DNA of 39,395 nucleotides from Planctomycetota bacterium (GTDB lineage Bacteria; Planctomycetota; Planctomycetia; JALXBF01): NCBI GenBank assembly GCA_026991575.1, contig JALXBF010000164.1, positions 1 to 39,395 of the forward strand, read 5' to 3'. Shown piece by piece: positions 35,698 to 39,395 of this stretch (position 1 is its first letter; each line of letters starts with the position of its first letter). The notes under the pieces were generated by a model. It saw only the letters and a program-made list of their open reading frames with translations, ran no database searches and was not told where the DNA came from. The position numbers and the translations under genes were made by a program.

Positions 35698-36692
35698 GGC
35701 GTTCCTGTGTCCGCAGGGATTCGGTTCTGGCCGACCGGTGCGTTGGAGCTGGTCTCGGCCGCTGTCCGATCGGCGTTGATGTCGTCGGTGAGCTTCAGGA
35801 AGGCTTCCTCCAGAGTGGCGCTTCGCACGTGCAAGCTCTCGATCTCGCTACCGGGCGGCAGCTGTTGGACAAGCTCCGTGATCGCGCGGCTAAGCGATTC
35901 GGTCAGCAGCTTTAGCCGGAGCCGGTCGGCTCTCGGCTGGCTACGTACCACTAGCCGACAGCCTTCCGGTATCGCCAGCCGCTCCACCGTCGGGCCGCGC
36001 ACGGTTAGCTCCACGCTGTGCTGCGCGCCAACTTCCCGGATCAGCTCCGCCGGGTGGCCGCACGCGATCAGACGGCCGCGGTGCAGGATGGCGACGCGAT
36101 CGCAAAGCTTTTCCGCCTCCTCGATGTAGTGTGTCGTCAGCAGCACCGTGCGCCCCTCGTCGCGGAACTGCTTGATAAGCTCGTGCAATTCGTTGCGGGC
36201 ATGTGCGTCCAGCCCGGCCGTCGGCTCATCAAGGATGACCAGCTCCGGGTCGTTCACCAGCGCCAACGCCAGCGCCAGCCGCTGCTTCTGGCCGCCGGAG
36301 AGTCGCTCATACGGCCGGTCCGCTTGCTCGGCAAGACCGGCCCAGCCCAGCAGCGACGCCGCCGGCCGATGGTTGGGGTAGAAGCTGGCGAACAGCTCGA
36401 GTGCTTCGCGCGGCGTGATCAACGGGGGCAGGGACGTAGCCTGAAGCTGAACCCCGATGCGCGCTTTGACCTGCTGCGGGTAGCGCACCGCGTCGATGCC
36501 CAGTACGCGGATCGACCCACCGTCCGGCCGCCGCACCCCCTCGATGCATTCCACCGTCGTCGTCTTTCCCGCACCGTTCGGGCCAAGCAGCCCAAACGTT
36601 TCCCCGCAGGACACGGTCAGCGACAGCCCGTGGACCGCCACCACCGGCCCGTATCGCTTGGTTAGACCACTGATCTCAATAGCGTTCGTCAT
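35694..36692 (-). CDS. ABC transporter ATP-binding protein (ABC-2/DrrA-like)
   Basis: Walker A GPNGAGKTT, signature LSGGQ, Walker B LILDEPT-like VILDEPT, and TTHY. The stop overlaps the permease start (ATGA). Probable start is ATG 36692 (ORF extends to 36827). Confidence 0.95.
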   Translation of the reverse strand: MTNAIEISGLTKRYGPVVAVHGLSLTVSCGETFGLLGPNGAGKTTTVECIEGVRRPDGGSIRVLGIDAVRYPQQVKARIGVQLQATSLPPLITPREALELFASFYPNHRPAASLLGWAGLAEQADRPYERLSGGQKQRLALALALVNDPELVILDEPTAGLDAHARNELHELIKQFRDEGRTVLLTTHYIEEAEKLCDRVAILHRGRLIACGHPAELIREVGAQHSVELTVRGPTVERLAIPEGCRLVVRSQPRADRLRLKLLTESLSRAITELVQQLPPGSEIESLHVRSATLEEAFLKLTDDINADRTAAETSSNAPVGQNRIPADTGTP

Positions 36693-36868
36693 CCGGTAAG
36701 TGTCGTCCTGAAATCCAGAGTGCCAGCGTAGCTGATGTCGGGATCGGCCGGAACGTCTATTCGCGTTGTCGCAGCCGATCTTGTCGGTCGACGGGCGCGC
36801 GGTCCGTTCGTTCCTATTGTCGTCCATTTGTCGCCCATACGTGCCGAGCTGCTGCGGGAGCTTCTGCC

Positions 36869-38702
36869 GTGCATCGTCAGGCGGCGGCGTTCGTGCTATC
36901 TGCTGCGGTGATCACGCTGAGTTGTCCGGCCGCTGACTGGCGGAACCTGCGGAACGGGTACCCCGTTTCCGGACGAGGGGTACTGTGATCCGCCGTACGT
37001 GCTGGGCCTGCCCGATGGCAGCTGGCTTTGCGTGCTGACCACTGGACCGGGACGCGAAGGAGAGCCAGGCCAGCACATCGTGGCTACCCGGAGCGAGGAC
37101 CAGGGGCGGAGTTGGTCGAAGCCAGTGGCGATCGAGCCATCAAGCGGACCGGAGGCCTCGTGGGCAACGCCGTCGGTCACGCCCTACGGCCGCGTGTTCG
37201 TCTTTTACACCTGCAACGGCGATCGCGTTCGTCACCTGCCCGGCGGACGGCGGCGGATCCGGGCCGATATGCTCGGTTGGTACTGCTTCCGCTACTCCGA
37301 CGACGGTGGTCGCACGTGGTCTCGGCGTTACCGGCTGCCTATGAGAGTGACCGAGTGTGATCGAGCGAATGACTGGCAGGGTACGGTCCAGATCTTCTGG
37401 GGGATAGACAAGCCCAAGATTGACAATGGTGTCGTGCGGTTCGCGTTTACGAAGATCCGGCGGTACATGCTTGACGGGGGAGAGGGCTGGTTGTTTGAGA
37501 GTCCGAACCTGTTGACCGAGCGCGACCCGACACGGCTCCGGTGGCGGATGCTGCCGGTGGGGGAGAAGGGCATCAGAGCGGAAGCGTTTGGCTTGGTCCA
37601 GGAGGAGCACAATCACGCGCCGATTGGCGGCGGACGACTGTTCATGGTGTATCGCACGGCGTTGGGGTTCCCGTGCCAGACATATAGCCGAGACGGCGGA
37701 CGCACGTGGGAGTGGCCCACGCCGATGACCTACTCGGCTAGCGGCCGCGTGATGAAGAGCCCGCGGGCGTGTCCTAAGCTGTGGCGGTGCTCGAACGGCA
37801 AGTTCCTGTTCTGGTACCACAACCACAGCGGCCGGACATTCCGGGAACGGAACCCGGCGTGGCTGGCGGGGGGTGAGCTTCGGGCCGACGGGCGAATCTG
37901 GTGGAGCGAACCGGAGGTGGTGCTCTACGATCCAGAGCCCCAGGTGCGGATTAGTTATCCCGACCTGATCGAGCAGGACGGTAGGTTCTGGATCACCGAG
38001 ACGCAAAAGAGTGTGGCACGCGTGCATCCGATAGATCTGAGCCTGCTGGACGGGCTCTGGCGGCAGGGAAAGGTGCGCGAGGTTGTCAGGCGTGGCCTGG
38101 TACTGGATATCGGCCCGAGTGAGCATCGCTTGCCGGTGCGGGCGGACCTTCGCACCGATAGTGGCTTGACACTCGACATCTGGCTTCGGCCGGGGGCGTT
38201 CGAGCGGTCTGAGCTAGTCGTGGACGCTCGGGATGGGGCAGGACGCGGCGTGGCTGTGTGGACGAGGGAGGATCGGTCAGTGGCGGTGCTGCTCAGCGAC
38301 GGTCAGCCGAGGGTGTCGTGGCGGAGTGACCCGGGCGGGCTCAGCCCTGGAAGGCGGCACCACGTGGTGGTCATCGTCGACGCACGGCCGCGGCTTGTCC
38401 TGTTTGTGGTGGACGGCAAGTTATGCGATGGCGGTTCGGCTCGGCAGTACGGGTGGCTGCGGTACGATGCCGAGCTGGGTGACGTGACCGGCAGCGGCCG
38501 GCTTCGCGTGGGGAAACGGGTTGCTCGGCTACGATGGTACAACCGATACCTGCGCGTCTCCGAAGCGGTGGCCAACTACCACGCCGGCGGTGGGGCCGCG
38601 ACGCGTGCCGGGCATGGTGCCGATGCCACGGCGCGGGCGGAGCGGAAAGCTCGCGTGCAACCGGCGTTGCTAACCAACGAAGCTTGCGAGCGGCCGAGGT
38701 AG
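36869..38702 (+). CDS. Secreted BNR/Asp-box (sialidase-like) protein with C-terminal LamG-like domain; contains a +1 frameshift near 36961-36968 (pseudogene or sequencing error)
   Basis: Asp-boxes SEDQGRSWS, SDDGGRTWS and SRDGGRTW, and a C-terminal HHVVVIVD...VVDGKL LamG-like segment. The signal peptide and DWRNLRNGYP lie in a different frame upstream of the listed ORF 36999..38702. Confidence 0.8.
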
Positions 38703-39395
38703 AACCCCACGGCCTGCCCGTCTGCGCAACCGAAGGCACCAAACCCTGTTCCGCCACCTTTCCATTCGCGACCGTCGGCATGGCCAACCCAACCAGCGTC
38801 GCCGAGAAGCTCTCCAGCCTGCTCTGTACCCGCTTGGCACAAACTCAAGTGAATCCCGAGCGAGCCCGGCCCTGGCGGCCAACGGGTCAATTGATCGCCT
38901 CTTGCCACCGCGTTCGGAACTCAAGAGCCCCGCGCCTTTGAAGAGGCCGTGCGCCAGTACGCTGTAGCTTGTGGCAGGGGGGGCGACGTCAGGGGCCTGC
39001 TGGGAGAGCACCGGCCAGGCGGAGCCTCGCACGTCGCCGGCATGGTGCGGCCCCAGGGTGGTCCGCAGCGTGTCCACTTCGGTTCGGCTCCGGCCGGCAC
39101 CATGCGATCCGTAATCTCACCGGTCCGCGGTGGACTGACAAAGTGGCTCGGATGCCGGCCGTTGCGCCGGAGCTCTGCGAGTGAACCGTCCCACGGCTTG
39201 AGCCTCACAGGGTACCGACCGGCCACATGATCGGGGGTTACACCGGACCGAGATCGCACCAAACCCAAAGGGGCGTGATTCGGTAGTCGGCTGGGGGTTG
39301 GCGGGCCTGGTTGAGGCGTTGGTGGTCTGTGGGTGGCTGGGCGGACGGTGGGGTGTTTGGGGGCAGCAGCAGCGAGAGGGAGCGGAGGGTGGTGA

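Noticed and set aside
38703..39237. ORFs of 70-135 aa after the BNR gene
   Set aside because: Mutually overlapping, with no motifs and composition typical of GC-rich spurious ORFs.

Overview
GC-rich bacterial genomic window, most likely Planctomycetota. This is inferred from a DUF1559/H-X9-DG prepilin-like gene, a planctomycete-type cytochrome c-WD40 protein, a sulfatase, a CRTAC1/ASPIC protein and a GAP1-N2-like protein. About 28 CDS are supported. The left part is mostly metabolic and envelope genes: partial pyc, sulfatase, birA, WD40/cytochrome c, ThuA, a membrane multiheme cytochrome plus CRTAC1, Rrf2, a protein with a histone-like tail, a Tat protein, a GT-C glycosyltransferase, a hydrolase, a CPBP protease, an FAD oxidoreductase, a GATase, Nif3 and CbiX. 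The most unusual part is 25.5-36.7 kb. An intact-looking type I-B-like adaptation module (cas4-cas1-cas2, minus strand) points away from a stand-alone cas6 (plus strand), and a DUF1559/lipoprotein cassette lies between them. No cas3/5/7/8 and no CRISPR array are visible in the window. cas6 overlaps a SAM-dependent methyltransferase such that a single-base indel would fuse the two. An orphan GAP1-N2-like protein flanks cas2, and an ABC-2 permease is fused to a complete metal-dependent amidohydrolase. A secreted BNR/LamG protein at the right end carries a clear +1 frameshift. All family calls come from motif recognition by eye; no searches were run.
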